From NCBI GenBank assembly GCA_964016885.1, contig OZ024742.1, positions 296,918,001 to 296,982,000 on the forward strand: a stretch of DNA of 64,000 bases. The letters are read 5' to 3'. This DNA is from Eledone cirrhosa (lineage: Eukaryota). Each line of letters opens with the position of its first letter. Position 1 is the first letter of the stretch. The position numbers were made by a program, and so were the translations under genes. This document shows positions 36,161 through 50,164 of the stretch, in pieces. The notes beneath the pieces were generated by a model. That model was not told where the DNA came from and made no database searches. It worked only from the letters and a program-made list of their open reading frames with translations.

Positions 36161-37324
36161 TTGTGGTAAATTGGCCTCCAGCTATTCACAAATATATAAT
36201 CTGCAAATATATACATACAACCATTGAAAAACAGGAAATAATGGGTAAACCCACACCAGAAAGTAAAACTACATTATATGAAGCAATATTCCTAGATAGA
36301 CAGAACAAAGAATGATTCAAATAAATGTTACAATAATTCTAGTTTTTAAAGTGAAGGATGAAATATTAATTTATGAGAATAATCAAAATGATTGAACAGT
36401 GATAGTGTAGTGCAGAGAAAATATGACAACCTCATTAGTGCTACTAAAACGTTAAAGCTACAGGTTTCTATCTAGACACCAAACATGTCTTGAGCATTTT
36501 AAGCCTGGTGGGGCCTATACCTCTCCAGGCTGGAATAAAGCCAAATTTTTCCAGAGAAAGAATGGGAGAGAGAATGAGAGAGGGGGAGAAAGTAATAAAG
36601 AAAGACAGAGGAAGAATCAAAACATACATAATCTGACGCCTTAATGACTGTCAATTTACTGCCTTCCTAATGTTGGTGCACAATAAAAAGAAGCAGGTGT
36701 TAGGAAGGGTATTCACCTGTAGAAACCATACAGAAATTGGAATATATATGCAAAACATAGTCCTCTAACTGGTATGTGAGGGAGTAAATCTGAACAAAAA
36801 CAAACTCTGAATGTAAAACCCCTCAAGCCCATGCTTGCATGTATAGTCCCATAACTCTTGGGTGAGTTGTAAGGCCACTGTATTGAGATATGTTGTTTGT
36901 AGGGCATTTTTAATCTCTAGGTTTGAGTACAGTAGATTTCTTCCAGAAACGGATAGAAAGTGAGAGAATGGAAGTGAGAAAGGGATATAGAGGAAGAATG
37001 AAAGGCAAATTTGACCTCGGCAGAATTTGAACTCAGAGAGCAGAGAGCCGAAATGAAATCTGCAGAGCATTCTATCCGACATTCTAATGACTCTGCCAAT
37101 GTTCTGCCCTCCTCCAAATCATACCAGCATCGAAAATGGGCATATGATGATGATGGTTGTGAATATCATTATTATTATTTTTAGTCAATAATCTAGAAAC
37201 CAATTAATTGAATGATTTTATAAATTTATTATGATACACACAAACACAGCAGACACATCACATTCCATATTTTACCTTACATGCATGTATAAATGAGAAT
37301 AAGTTTGTGTATGTGTATGTGTGC

Positions 37325-37356
<32 letters not shown>

Positions 37357-37892
37357 ATATATATATATATATATAATATATATATATATATGCATGTGTG
37401 TGTGTGTGAGAGAGAAATAGAGAGAGGGGGTTAGAGAGTGGGAGAGAAATAATTTTTAATAAATTTACTCTAATATGTCATGAGTTACGTTTGTTTAAAT
37501 AGATTTTGAATCATCATACTTTTGAGAAACAGTTCTCAATATTCTGTTAATAATATATTTTGGTCTTCTTGTTCTGGATAGATGCAAGTTCCTTTGAAGG
37601 AAAAGTAAATCAATAACAAACAAATAAATAAATCGATAAACAAATAGATAAATAAACAAAAAAATAAATATAAAAAAAATTAATTAATTATGGATATGAA
37701 ACAAATAGAAAAAAATTAGAATTTTCAAAATTTAATTAAATACTGGCCAAATAGGCTACGCTATCATTAACTCTTAATATCTGTATTCTGCATGAAACCA
37801 CATTAGTAAAGCATTCTTTAAAAGTTCAAAATGGTACTATGACAGCATCTCATTAAAAATGAAAATATTTACTTTAGTTTACTGCAAACTGT

Positions 37893-38108
37893 TTAACCCT
37901 TTAGCATTTAAACTAGCCATATTTGGCCAGAATTCCCTTACCTCTTTCTGTCCCAAATGAGCGTAACTGGCCATTCATACTGACGTTAAGATATTGTTCT
38001 CAAAATAAATAATATCAAAATATCATAGATTCGATATTATGTGAAATAAAGCCTTTACAGTGAAAATACAATAGTAAATATAGAGTGATGTGAATACTAA
38101 AGAGTTAA
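37893..38108. mobile_element. piggyBac-type MITE
   Basis: TTAA-ccctttagcattta ... tgaatactaaagag-TTAA; second copy at 38305-38522. Confidence 0.7.
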
Positions 38109-38304
38109 TGATCTGTCCACTAGTAAAGGTACTATAAACATTTCAATTAACCGGCTCACTTTTATATATTCTCTGTTAAATCATTATAGGATGTTAAAAG
38201 TTATAGAACAGATACATTAATATATATTACATATAAAATGCAATATTTAATTATATAATATTGAATATTTCATACAAAGAAGCTAATTCATATTTCCTAA
38301 AGGG

Positions 38305-38522
38305 TTAGCATTTAAACCGGCTGTATCTGGCCATAATTCTCTCACCTCTTTCTGTTCAAACCGGGTGTAACCGTCTGCTCATACTGATGTTAAGGTATTG
38401 TTCTCAAAATTAATATCAAAATCTCATAGATTCAATATTATGTGAAATAATTATGTGAGCCAAAGCATTAACAGTGGAAATATAATAGTGTACATAGAGT
38501 ATTGTAAATGGCAAAGGGTTAA
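38305..38522. mobile_element. piggyBac-type MITE, second copy
   Basis: Homologous to 37901-38108; ends taaatggcaaaggg-TTAA. Confidence 0.65.
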
Positions 38523-40202
38523 ATGCACTTTCAATATTCAAGTTTACCAATTTAGTAAAATGTCATATATGTTAAAATCTATTTTAACTATATCGGTTGG
38601 GCTTCTGTCAATTTAAAAAACAAATGTACCGGTAGTTTGAGAAATAGAACAACCCATTCATGAAATTAATGTGCACATATAGCTTAATGTTGCTCTCAGA
38701 AGATTCAGCATGATGCAGTGTGGCACAAGACTAGCTCTTTTAATTACAGATATAACTCATTTTTGCCAGTTGAGTTGACTGGCACTAAGGGAATCAAGTG
38801 TCTTGACCAGAGACAACATTCCAGTGGGAATTGAACTCATGACCTTATGATCGTGAGTTAAACCGCCTAACCACTAAGCCACACACCTTGACACATCTTA
38901 GTTAAGATGTGCCTGAATAACACACTTTTTGTGTATTGTGTCGGGTTTGTAAGGGGTGGGGCAATCTGAAGGACTACCCCAGATGACCCACATTCAAGTT
39001 ATACAACTGGTCCTAGCTTTCTAGAAATGATAAAATAAAGTACTAGGATTGAGTATTATAAACTACAGACATGACTGAAAATATGTGGCCTTGTAGTCCT
39101 AATATTTCCTTACTCAGCAGAGTCATTAGAGCTTCAGACAAAATGTTTCACTATTTATTCCAGCTCTACTTCCTGAATGGTGTTTGTAGGGTATTTTTAA
39201 TCTCTAGGTTTGAGTACAGTAGATTTCTTCCAGAAAAGGATAGAAAGTAGGTTGACAAATTAAAGTACCAGTCAAGTACTGTGCTTGATGTAATTGAATT
39301 TCCCCTCCCACAAACCACTGACCATGTGCCTAAAATAGGAATCAATATTTATTCAGTTATTTATTTAATTATCTTCAAAAGATACACTTTTTCTCTCACT
39401 ATTGCTTGAGGATGATTACTTTTCTTCAAGGATTTTTAAAATTTCAGAATATATCTTTATGTGTGTTAGCATTTTGTTTACAAGCCTAGTGGGCATTTTA
39501 TATTAATCATATAATCCCAACTTAAAACATAAACAAAAGTTAGAAATAAAGGAATGGACAAACACGACATCAGTTTACACACCTCTTATTTCATGATTAT
39601 TACAGTATTACAGCCCATTTTCTCACAATAGGAAATGAAGAGAAATGGAAGATGGTTGTAAGTTGAGTACTACTACGTAGATGATTATTTCTGGCTTGCA
39701 TTGTACTGCTTTTCCCAAAAACAATCCTAACAACATATTTCATAATGCTTTACATACATTAAAAGCAATAATTCTATTGTACACTTTATTTTTTAATGGT
39801 TTGACTTGATGTTATTGGATATTTACACGTTTGGAAGCATGATTACAAAATTTTACGTGTTTTTGTCAAGTGATATACTTTTACAAGTTAAGTGTTATTC
39901 AATAGATATTTTTTTGTTTAGTGAAATACAAATATTTTTTACATATTTTCTCTTATTTTATTTTTTGTTGATTAGTTCACAATGATGTAAATTTAACTAG
40001 GCAATGTTCACCAAGCCGGGAATGAACCACTATGACATTAACAATGAGTATTCCTACTGTTCAATCAATGAAATTGCTCATGAAATTAAGTATAAGTGAC
40101 TGAGTATTCCATATGTATGTGAACCATTAACATAATTCAGAAGAAGATTCAACATAACTGTGTTTGACAAGTATGTTTGTTTTGAAACAGTGAGCAAGTT
40201 TG

Positions 40203-40388
40203 AAATAGAAATTAGAAGCTTTCACCATATCTTTTACTAAAGAAATTTAGCCTGATAGTGGGGTTTAGAATCTTCTTAAGAAATGGAAAAAGATTCACTC
40301 TTTCCATTTCTTAGAGGGTTCTAAATCCCAATATCTGGCTAAAATTACTTTAGTAAAAAATATGGTGAAAGCTTCTATTTTCTATTTA
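40203..40388. repeat. ~88-bp imperfect inverted repeat (MITE-like)
   Basis: agaagctttcaccatat...aagaaatggaaa / tttccatttctt...atatggtgaaagcttct; one arm recurs at 63312-63387. Confidence 0.75.
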
Positions 40389-41680
40389 TAATTGTGTTTG
40401 TAACAAAGATGACTTTTTGAATTACAGATACAGTTTATCTGATGAACTTCTAAACAATTTCGATCTACTAAATCTTACTCACAAGGTTTACGTTAACTTG
40501 AGATTATAGAACATGACACTTGCCAAAGATGTCCCACCTGGGACCTATTGATTGCAAAGTGAACCTCTTAACCATTCAACCATTCTGCATCTACTACCAA
40601 CAGGAGAAACCAAATGATAAACATGTTCACAAACACAAAGCAGAGCAAAAGAGAAACAGATAAGTCTGCATTACAGTGATACATACCTATTTCAGACAGA
40701 AATTTTATCTTTTCCACTGCCACTAAAAAAAGCAATAGTTTAGTGAGTGATTCTGAGAACTTGCACTTTAAAAACAAAAGCCACATAAAGGATTCAAATG
40801 TTGGCACAAGGCCAGCAATTAAAGAGTAGTCGATTATATTGAGACTATACATAAATGAATCGACAGATCCCTTTCTTGTCTGGGAGATCAGCACCCACCG
40901 CTTCAGTACTGACTTGTTCTATGTAGACACATCCAACCCTTGCTAACAGGGAAAGCAGACGTTAAAATGATGATGATCATTATCTCTCTCTCCAAAATTT
41001 GGTGGCATTGTGCCTAAATTATAAGCCATTATTATTATTATTTTACATTGAGATGATGATGATGAGGAGGAGGAGGAGAAGGAGGAAGAGTAGGAGGAGG
41101 AGAAGGAATATGATATTAATGATGATTTTGATGACTATGGTACTTGTTATGATGATAATGATTATGAAGAACATTTTAATCAATTATCATTTTGTACACA
41201 TATATTTTTCAGTAGTGCCTTCTAACTAAATATATATTTATTATTTCTGCAACATAAGTTTAGTTTTCGTTATTGCAATGTTTTTAACCATAACCTAATT
41301 ATCTATAGTTATCGGAAGCAAGCATTTTGCTTTGTGATTGTGGTTTTATCAGCTACAGTATGTAATTAGGAAAAAAAAAAAAAATCACAGCCAGAAATCT
41401 TGATCGCAATTCAATTGCTAATTTTCTTTTATTCGTTTACATGTTTGACTGTGGTCATGCTGGAGTACTGCCTTGACTAGATGATCATAATGACTTATTT
41501 GTTTAAGCTTAGTACTTATTTTAATGATACTTTCATGTCAAACTTCTAGGTTAAGGGAAATAAACACAATCACAGACATAAACACAGACATGGTTGCACA
41601 TATGCACACACACACACATAATTCATATCGAGCCCTCTTTGGATTTTAGTCTTCACATTTATTATTACTATATATATATG

Positions 41681-41905
41681 AGGGCGGTAGATTGGCAGTA
41701 TCGGTAGAGGGTCGGACGCCATGTTTGCAGCATAGAGTTACGGCTCTTTATGATCTGAGCTCAAATCCCACCGAGGTTAACTTTGCCTTTCATCCTTATG
41801 GGGTCGATAAAATAAAGTACCAGTCACGCACTGGGGTCAATTTAATCGACTTTCCCCTCCCACCAAATTACTGGCCTTGTGCCTATATGGGAAACCATTA
41901 TTACT
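41681..41905 (+). mobile_element. Full tRNA-derived SINE with Nin/Deu-type core
   Basis: ggcggtagattggcagtatcggtagag head; B-box-like gagctcaaatccc; ctttgcctttcatccttatggggtcgataaaataaagtacc core. Confidence 0.82.
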
Positions 41906-41924
41906 ATATATATATATATATAAA

Positions 41925-43105
41925 TGTTTGAATTTGTAAAGCCAAGACAATGCAGATATGGACATAGAATAAAAAATGCAAATGCAAAAGATATTGTTGA
42001 CAATTAGTCTTTTACCTTAGATTTATTTAAATATCCTTAATTTTCGAGAATATCTCTTCTTCGGAGGAAAGTAAAGCGGTTAAACCAGTGTTTCTAAATA
42101 GCTTGCCAAGTCATGCTGACAGGAAATGGTATAGAGTATCTGTTCTATCTCTAATGTCAAAGAGTTAAGGTTAGGTGGATAAAGAGTAGTCTCCCTTTAA
42201 AAGGTTTTTTTTACATGTCTGTTTAAGTGTGTGTGAGAATGCGTGAATGTGTAAGTATGTGTGTGTGTGTGTGAGTGTGAGAAGATATGTCTATACGTAA
42301 ATGTGGGGGATAGATGTTCTCTCGTGTTGGAACTGGTCTTTGTGTGTGTGAGAGAGAGAATAAGTGGAGGTGTAAGTGTGTGTATGTGTGTGCGTATGTG
42401 TGTGCGTGTGTGTGAGAGGGGGGGGGTCAGTATGGGGCTAGATGCTCTATCAAGTTATAAATTGGGTGTTGAGTTCTAGTCTATTATTGATTGGTGGTTG
42501 TGTTTTGTCTATAATTAGTGCTTCCATAATTCTAAGATTGCCGAGGTTTCTTTCCTTAGTTTCTATCCTAACTGTTATGGTTTTGTCGGTGTTTTTGCAT
42601 TTCACTAGGTGTTTCTTAAATGAGGAAGTGTTAGTATTGAGGTGTTCTTTTATTCCTATGTGGAGTGGTCTGGTGAAGCTACCTACGTAGAAGTTGCTGT
42701 ATTTGTCGCACTCTAGTCTGTATACGACGTAAGCCTGCTGTCAAAAGGTCTGTGTCGTTGTTGGGGCAGTTGGCTAGCCTGCAGCGGTTGTCATGTCTGG
42801 TGGAGTGTCTTTTGGTTAGCTGTCCGCGTAGAGAAGGTGCTGAGTGGGCCAGTTGGATATCTAGTCCCTCTCGTCTGATAACTCTGCGGATGGCTGTTAT
42901 TGTTTCGTCACTGAAGTGTGGGAGCTTCAGGAAGCAAGTGTTAGTGCCTCGGGTGTGGTGTCCTCTGTTCTTTCTGGCACGGTTTGTGGTGGATGTCGTG
43001 TATCCGTTCAGTTTGAGTACTTCCAAAAAATGTGTGGTGTGTGTGTCTCGGTCTCTAGCGGCGGTGCATTTGTTCCGGATACGTGTTAATTCGTTCCTTA
43101 TGTAT
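41925..43105 (-). mobile_element. PLE 3' portion (thumb, GIY-YIG) plus pLTR
   Basis: GYIRNELTRIRNKC, LKLNGY, LKLPHFSD, VVYRLECDKYSNFYVGSFTRPLHIGIKEHL, LRIMEALII; HHR in the downstream pLTR. Confidence 0.8.
42034..42068 (-). ncRNA. Minimal hammerhead-like motif (CCGAAGA core, loop-less stem III)
   Basis: Minus strand: tcct CCGAAGA a gaga-tat-tctc GAAA aTTA agga. Confidence 0.5.
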
Positions 43106-43442
43106 CCTTACATCATCCCGTGAGGAGGCGGATAAAATATACACAACATTCTCCAGCATGGACGCCAGTATAAAGTTCAGCATGGAACACCCCGATGACC
43201 GCGGATCCCTATCCCTACTGGACTTCGAACTCAGGGTAACAGAGGAAGGCAACATCCCCACCTGCTTCTATAAAAAAGCCGCCAGCAGGGACCTGTTCGT
43301 ACCTTTCAGATCGACCCTCCCAGCCGGCGCTAAGTTCGGATACATAAGGAACGAACAAACACGTATCCGGAACAAATGCACCGACGCTAGAGACCGAGAC
43401 ACACATATATATACACACATCAACACAGTATTAAACCTGTAG
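43105..43442 (+). mobile_element. PLE RT fragment, opposite orientation to the adjacent copy
   Basis: IKFSMEHP...LSLLDFEL...FYKK...FGYIRNEQTRIRNKC. Confidence 0.8.
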
Positions 43443-46400
43443 AGTTAGTGTGGGTGGGTACACACACACTTTCACACACACCGAAGCGATGTCCGAGAAA
43501 AAAAAAATAATAAAACAAATATAAGAATGTACCAACACAACACTCACCGAAAGTTAGTTCACAAAGCAACAGAAGCTATGTTGGTCAAATCTCAATTTTA
43601 CGATGTAAATTGGAAATATTGGGTTAACCAACGCCCCACACATACACACACACACACGCGCAAGTAAGTTCAGTTCAGTGTTCTGCTATACGTGTATAGA
43701 TCCAATGTAACATCCATATCTTCAAGTGTATGTTATGGTATATACACATCTGAATCATCCCAAAACGGGTATGTCCGGGTATATACACATCCATGTGAAG
43801 AGCAAACAATCAGCTCATGTCGAACTCCTTGTGTACCGCTGTCCCATTGAGAATACGTGTCACCAAATCCGTGCGTGCAAGCAACCGCAATGTAGGCCGG
43901 CAAAGGGCTCCGTGTAGGGTTGGGTATTGGGTAAATGCGTCCGCAAGTGCGATTTCCCGTCATATGGGCCAATGAGCTTTTAAGATAGTTGTTTGAGTGG
44001 TGGAGGTGTGTTATCCAACACAGAAGGTGAAGTAAGAAAACACAGGACAGTAAAATCCAAAGGATGTGTGTAGGCCCATTAATGGTGTGTCAGTATTATT
44101 GTTCAATCCGTAACAGTGAGTCCTCAATGGCTAGATGATCACGCATCAAAACCTGGTGTAGTGCTCAGTCGGTAGGAACGTGACAGTCGTAAAAGTGGGA
44201 GCTCAATGTCTAAAGGAAACGGGTACTGTGTGTAGAGCTATGTATAGAGAGCGCAATCGGTCCTAACTAAGTGTGTAATCAATCTAACTATTTACTAGCT
44301 AGGTATTCTAAAAGAGAGCACTCAGCTATGAGAACTCCGTGGAAACAGGCCGAGTATCGTTTGTAAGTGCGCAAACAATCTTAGCCGTCTAACTACTTAA
44401 GTGTGTGACTGTCCGTTTATTGAGAGAACTCTATGGCTAAAGTAGAGAGGGAGGAGTTATTAATAGGTTACCTTCCAAAAATCCTGCGGAAGGTTTTCGA
44501 GTTTCTATGTTGGCAGTTGCTGAAAAATCTGCTCTCCTATTAATTAATAGGGGGCCGCCTCTAATAATATTAAAAGTTTCAGCTATACATAAATTGCAGA
44601 CGCCAGTGCTGCCGTTATAAGGTTGGGATGAGCAAACTATGGACCAGGATAAGGAGTGCTCTATATTCTGATGTTTAAGCTTCCAGACTAATTCCGAAAG
44701 TGCCGTGCTATTTGTTTTATCTAATCTATTAAAGGTATGGCGGTGATTATACCATCTATCCTTAAATTCCGTGGCAGTTGCCCCAACATACCTAAAGGTT
44801 CTATCAGGAGTGGAGACCTTACAGTCGTCGACTATGTTTTTGGTAAGGAATTTCCCAGCCATGGGGCAGGTGGCGGTGCTTCTGCAGTGACATTTTTTGC
44901 TATCGACCTGGGTAGTTCCAGATGGACCACGGTACCTTTGGGGTCGGGTCTCAGTTCCAGTCTGCTCTATAGGTAAATTCCCTGGGGTTGGGGAGACCCG
45001 ACTCGCCTCACGTGTATGAGTCAGTTCCTCAATAGAGCTGCCATTGTTCCTGCCATGCCTAATTCCCTCATTGGCTGTCCTAAGTCTACTATAATTCATC
45101 TTAGTTATATTCTGAACTATGTTACTAGTTGTGGAGTAGGACAGCTTGATGGTATTTCTATTGAATATTTGATAATATCTGTGCGATCTAGGGAAGCATT
45201 TGTCTAAGGCCCTAAAGAAAAGCTTAGCTATACTAGTGGTCAGGCCAGTGGAGTAAGGGGGATTATACCACAGGACTTTCTGGTCCGATGCCACCTGTTC
45301 CTACTAACTATATTAGAATTACCTGTCTCCCTAGAAGTTACTGGTCTATTGTAACTGGAAATTACCTGTGGGTCGATGGTGTCCTGGGGTGTCACGATTG
45401 TGTTCGGAATCGTCCCAAGTCTCCAGAGCGGTGTACCCCCTGTGCGGCCATTGGGGTTACCCTCGATAGCCGGGGTTGTATCCACTATGCGTTTGCTACA
45501 CCTGTCCCTATTCCCCTTACTCGACCCTCGTTCCATACTGCGTTCAACGGTAGTTTTATCGGTTCCACAATTAAGGTTACCATTAGAGTTTCCGCTGGAG
45601 TTACGTTTCTCAGACCCAGTGTTAGTGCCTGGGTGGCTGTTTCTATTAGTACCGACAGCATTGGGACTAGGCGGCAGTACAACATGAAGACTATAAAGAC
45701 TATATGAATCCTCCCTCATATCCCGCCTGCTGTTAACTAGATGTTTAGGCCTAAGCTATCGCGGGCAATGTTGCTTCTACTATTTAATGGACGTTTGAAT
45801 GAGATTCCCTCGCTATGCCCTGCATGTCCCAGGGCGCTATTATAGTAATTCGAGATCTTATTAAAGGTATCTTCATTGGAAGATAGTCCTGAAATTCTAC
45901 TAGAGACGCTTTTGGTAATACCGTTAGTGACTATTCTAGGGTGGTTCGATTTTACGTTGACATAGTTTAGATTCTCGTTGGGTTTGTGGTAAGGTTGGAA
46001 GAGTTCTGATTTGAGGTTAAGTGTAACATCTAGAAAATTAACTATCTTTAAATTCTCTTCAAATACTATACTTAGATCTATGCTCTTGAAGAATTTGCGA
46101 AGTTTTTTCCTCACCCTCTCTACCATACTATTATTATGGAACGACACAGTAAACAAGACGCCGTCACGGTAAGCGCCGCCTCCCAGGTGGGGCATTTCCG
46201 CTCCGAGACAGTCAAGGAGGTAAAGGCCCACCAGATCCGTCACCTGGGCTGAGTCCGTGGATCCCATGGTGATGTCGAAATTGTCTGGCCAATCCTTCCT
46301 AGTCCACAGGTCACCGTTGAATTCAATTAAGGTTTTCCTAGCTAGGAGAATAATGCTAATTTCCTCGGATGTAAGGTCGGTGTGTAAGGTAGCAAAGTTA

Positions 46401-47055
46401 AGGGCCCTACCTAGAAGAGTTGGAGAGATTGAAGAGTAGTAATTAGAGATATCGAACTGTATAAACTTAGTGCTATTCTTATTCTGCGATTTCTCAAACC
46501 AGTTAATTGCCTCACTAGTTCCTGACTACAACTTGAGCTTCGATCTCCTAACTAGAGTAGGGATTATTTTATCAGGGATGTTTTTACTTACGATTCCTAT
46601 GTCCGACTTCGAAGGGGCTATCAGCCTGACAGGTCTCAATGATTCAAAGTTAAATTTGTGGTCCTTCAGCTAAATCCTCGGGGTTCTAGGATGGAAGGGC
46701 TCGGTTTCATCCTCAATACCCAGTTTAATCATGACGCTATTGGCCTCCGTGTTAATTAAATCCAGGTTGGACCGTATAGTTTTTCTGTAGCTTTTCCTAA
46801 GTTCTCTGGTTATCAAATCATCATAAGTTACTCTATCCATATCGTACAGGTTGTTAGTCTTGTCTGCGTCCACTAAAATGCCGGTCGAGTTCTTTAATTT
46901 TACTAGATCACCCTTCAGTCGTCTCAGGTAACTTTTCTCCTGAGTGGGTTTTCCTAAACTTAAGATTGGACACTAAGTTAGACATTTCAGTCTCGAATTC
47001 CTCCAAGTATTTATTGTGTGGTGGATTTCTTCTGGATTTGAATATTTCCATTGAA
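43443..47055 (-). mobile_element. Penelope-like element with YRDD-type RT and C-terminal GIY-YIG (probably Hydra-clade-like), frameshifted
   Basis: ADKTNNLY, FDISNYYSSI, FDITMGSTDSAQVTDLVGLYLL, AYRDG, NFLDVTLNL, PYHKPN..SNHP, WYNPPYS, CHCRSTATCPM, YVGATATEFKDRWYNH, CNLC. Coding ~44437-47050. Confidence 0.85.
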
Positions 47056-47059
47056 GGGA

Positions 47060-47442
47060 ACAGCTAGATGATGTAAAACGGAGTATAAGTATCAAAATGA
47101 AAATCCGTTCACTTTAACTGTGACTGACTGTATCCCTACAGATTTTATTGATGTCCAGCGTCTTTTGCAGCGATAGAAATCTGAAAACGTTTATGACCTC
47201 AACTGAAGCTAATAGCAGTCGCCATGTTTCTGACTGGTGTGTCTCCATATGAGGGAATGAATTCTGTGAGAGAATATCGTTATTTTTTCTCCCTCATATC
47301 AAGAATTTGAAGACAATTCATTTTCACCTGATGAGATCAGTGATAATCGATCATGGCTTCACAATCGATCTATCTCTTATTGAAACATGTGTCGTGATTA
47401 AATGATTGGAATTTTACCTTGCCTTCGGATTTTCATTTTGAT
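47060..47442 (+). mobile_element. 3' end / pLTR of another PLE
   Basis: Contains a canonical-core HHR and ends against (TA)n. Confidence 0.55.
47324..47397 (+). ncRNA. Type I hammerhead ribozyme with extended stem II
   Basis: tcac CTGATGA gatcag...cttatt GAAA catgtGTC gtga. Confidence 0.72.
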
Positions 47443-47475
47443 ATATATATATATATATATATATGCATATATACA

Positions 47476-47531
<56 letters not shown>

Positions 47532-47897
47532 AACATAATCCATGTTTGCATGGGTTAGATATAGGTTGGAACATTATGAGGATATGAGTCTTTAGAAATT
47601 TGGTGACAAGTTCTTGATCATTCAATCTCTTTTAGGCTTAGTTTTCTGATTGGAGGCCGTTCTTAATTTCTTAATGTGAACCACATTTCATCTTGTACTG
47701 GGAACATTTTTTGTAGCATTAGCACTACCACCTTACAGATGCTTTTTTATTGTGGCACAAGCACCGGGGAAGCAAGCTATGTGTATGGAGTGAATATATA
47801 TGTATATGTATATATCCAGGGAGTGTCCAAGGTTCAATCTGTATCAATCTAGCCCTTCACCAATCAATAAACGTAATGAAGACATAACAAATTGTCC

Positions 47898-47929
<32 letters not shown>

Positions 47930-48022
47930 GGTTAACTTTGCCTTTCATCCTTACGGGGTCGATAAAATAAAGTACCAGTAATGTACTGGGTATTTGCTGG
48001 CGTTGTGCCTAAAATAGAAACA

Positions 48023-48059
<37 letters not shown>

Positions 48060-48360
48060 ATGAAGTATTTCCGTCGGAAAGGTACAGGAAAAAAGAGTGC
48101 TTTATGTAGGCTACAGAGCTTATTAGTTATGTAATAAACAACATAAGATAATTATTTTATTTACCAGTGGTTTCTTGAAGCCAGATGTTATATCTGTTAT
48201 CAGTTGCCAGAATGAATAAATAACATGGTATTTTTTATTAAATATGGATTTGAAAACAAAATATAGGAAATATGAAAGTGAGGTTGAAAAAAAAGGGAAA
48301 AAGAAATTAGGAGAAAAAATATATAAATAAATATCCAGAACATAAGCCTCACACACAATA
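48060..48360 (-). mobile_element. PLE pLTR copy with inactivated HHR (48158-48215, core CTGGCAA)
   Basis: 48125-48356 is a diverged reverse complement of ~50720-50946. Confidence 0.65.
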
Positions 48361-48527
48361 TGTATATATGTGTGTATAGATTTACGTATATATGGTTATA
48401 TGTATGCGTGTGTGTGCGCACGTGTGTGTACGTTATGTACGTGGGTTATGTACCTATGATTTTTATCTATCTAATTAATTGTATGTTTTTGTATGCGTAT
48501 GTATGTGGATGTGTGTATATATGTATA

Positions 48528-48629
<102 letters not shown>

Positions 48630-48700
48630 TGCGTATATATATATATATGCATATTTACTTTTATATATATACATATATGTGTGTGTTTGTATGTGTGTAT

Positions 48701-48760
<60 letters not shown>

Positions 48761-48977
48761 ATATACATATCGTGTGTATTTGTTTACTTTTAAGTTGTTT
48801 GTATCCCCTCCCCCCACACACACACACCCTTCGTTGTCAACGTGTCCCTTTTTGACTTTATTTTGATTTTGATTTTGATTTTCTTATATATTTTTTTTAT
48901 TTTTTTGATCTTATTTAGTTATTTCTGCTTCTGAACTACTTCCCAATGGTTCGCACATATTGATATGTGCATGTGCA

Positions 48978-49031
<54 letters not shown>

Positions 49032-49316
49032 CAAATAACGAAACGAAATTAAATTTCGTTTCGCTTCTAACTCACTTTTGTATGACTGACGCTTAAACAA
49101 TTAAGTTAAAGTGTACATCTACATATGTATACGGAAGTATTAGTATGCATATAAATACACACATGTATACATATGTACATGTACTCAGCTTTTCACTAGA
49201 CACTTTACAGTGAGTGTCAGCTAGTCTGTATGTAACCACACAGGCGGACCGGGTTTTAGAGTCATACGAGTTTTCAAGGAAACACATTTCCTCTATTCTC
49301 CAGAGGGCCAGACAGG

Positions 49317-49361
49317 AATATTGGACTAGTTTCGATGTTATTACATCTCATCAGCAATATT
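49317..49361 (-). ncRNA. Canonical type I hammerhead ribozyme
   Basis: Minus strand: aatattg CTGATGA gatgt-aata-acatc GAAA ctaGTC caatatt; perfect 7-bp stem I, 5-bp stem II, palindrome actagt. Confidence 0.9.
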
Positions 49362-49791
49362 TACCCATCTTCCGGCTTCTCTGGAGAATTGTAAAAGCAC
49401 ATATCGTTATATGCTTTTTCTATGAAAATTAGTAGTGGGTAGACCAATTTGCATAGAACGTGAGTCATTGTACGCACCGGTTCAGCGGAAACGATAAAAA
49501 CAAATAACGAAACGAAATTAAATTTCGTTTCGCTTCTAACTCACTTTTGTATGACTGACGCTTAAACAATTAAGTTAAAGTGTACATCTACATATGTATA
49601 CGGAAGTATTAGTATGCATATAAATATAAATACACACATGTATACATATGTACATGTACTCAGCTTTTCACTAGACACTTTACAGTGAGTGTCAGCTAGT
49701 CTGTATGTAACCACACAGGCGGACCGTGTTTTAGAGTCATACGAGTTTTCAAGGAAACTCATTTCCTCTATTCTCCAGAGGGCCAGACAGT

Positions 49792-49829
49792 CTGATGAGA
49801 TGTAATAACATCGAAACTAGTCCAATATT
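49792..49829 (+). ncRNA. Hammerhead core in the inverted copy (5' strand of stem I lost at the inversion junction)
   Basis: CTGATGAgatgtaataacatcGAAActaGTCcaatatt. Confidence 0.75.
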
Positions 49830-50119
49830 CCTGTCTGGCCCTCTGGAGAATAGAGGAAATGTGTTTCCTTGAAAACTCGTATGACTCTAAAACCCGGTCC
49901 GCCTGTGTGGTTACATACAGACTAGCTGACACTCACTGTAAGTATTAGTATGCATATAAATACACACATGTATACATATGTACATGTACTCAGCTTTTCA
50001 CTAGACACTTTACAGTGAGTGTCAGCTAGTCTGTATGTAACCACACAGGCGGACCGGGTTTTAGAGTCATACGAGTTTTCAAGGAAACATTTCCTCTATT
50101 CTCCAGAGGGCCAGACAGG

Positions 50120-50164
50120 AATATTGAACTAGTTTCGATGTTATTACATCTCATCAGCAATATT
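50120..50164 (-). ncRNA. Type I hammerhead ribozyme (GUU triplet copy)
   Basis: As 49317-49361 but GTC changed to GTT. Confidence 0.85.

Noticed and set aside
44335-44395. Possible hammerhead in the 3' region of the 43-47 kb PLE (minus strand ctaagat-gtttg..caaac-gatac)
   Set aside because: Needs multiple core changes and has no clean stem I.
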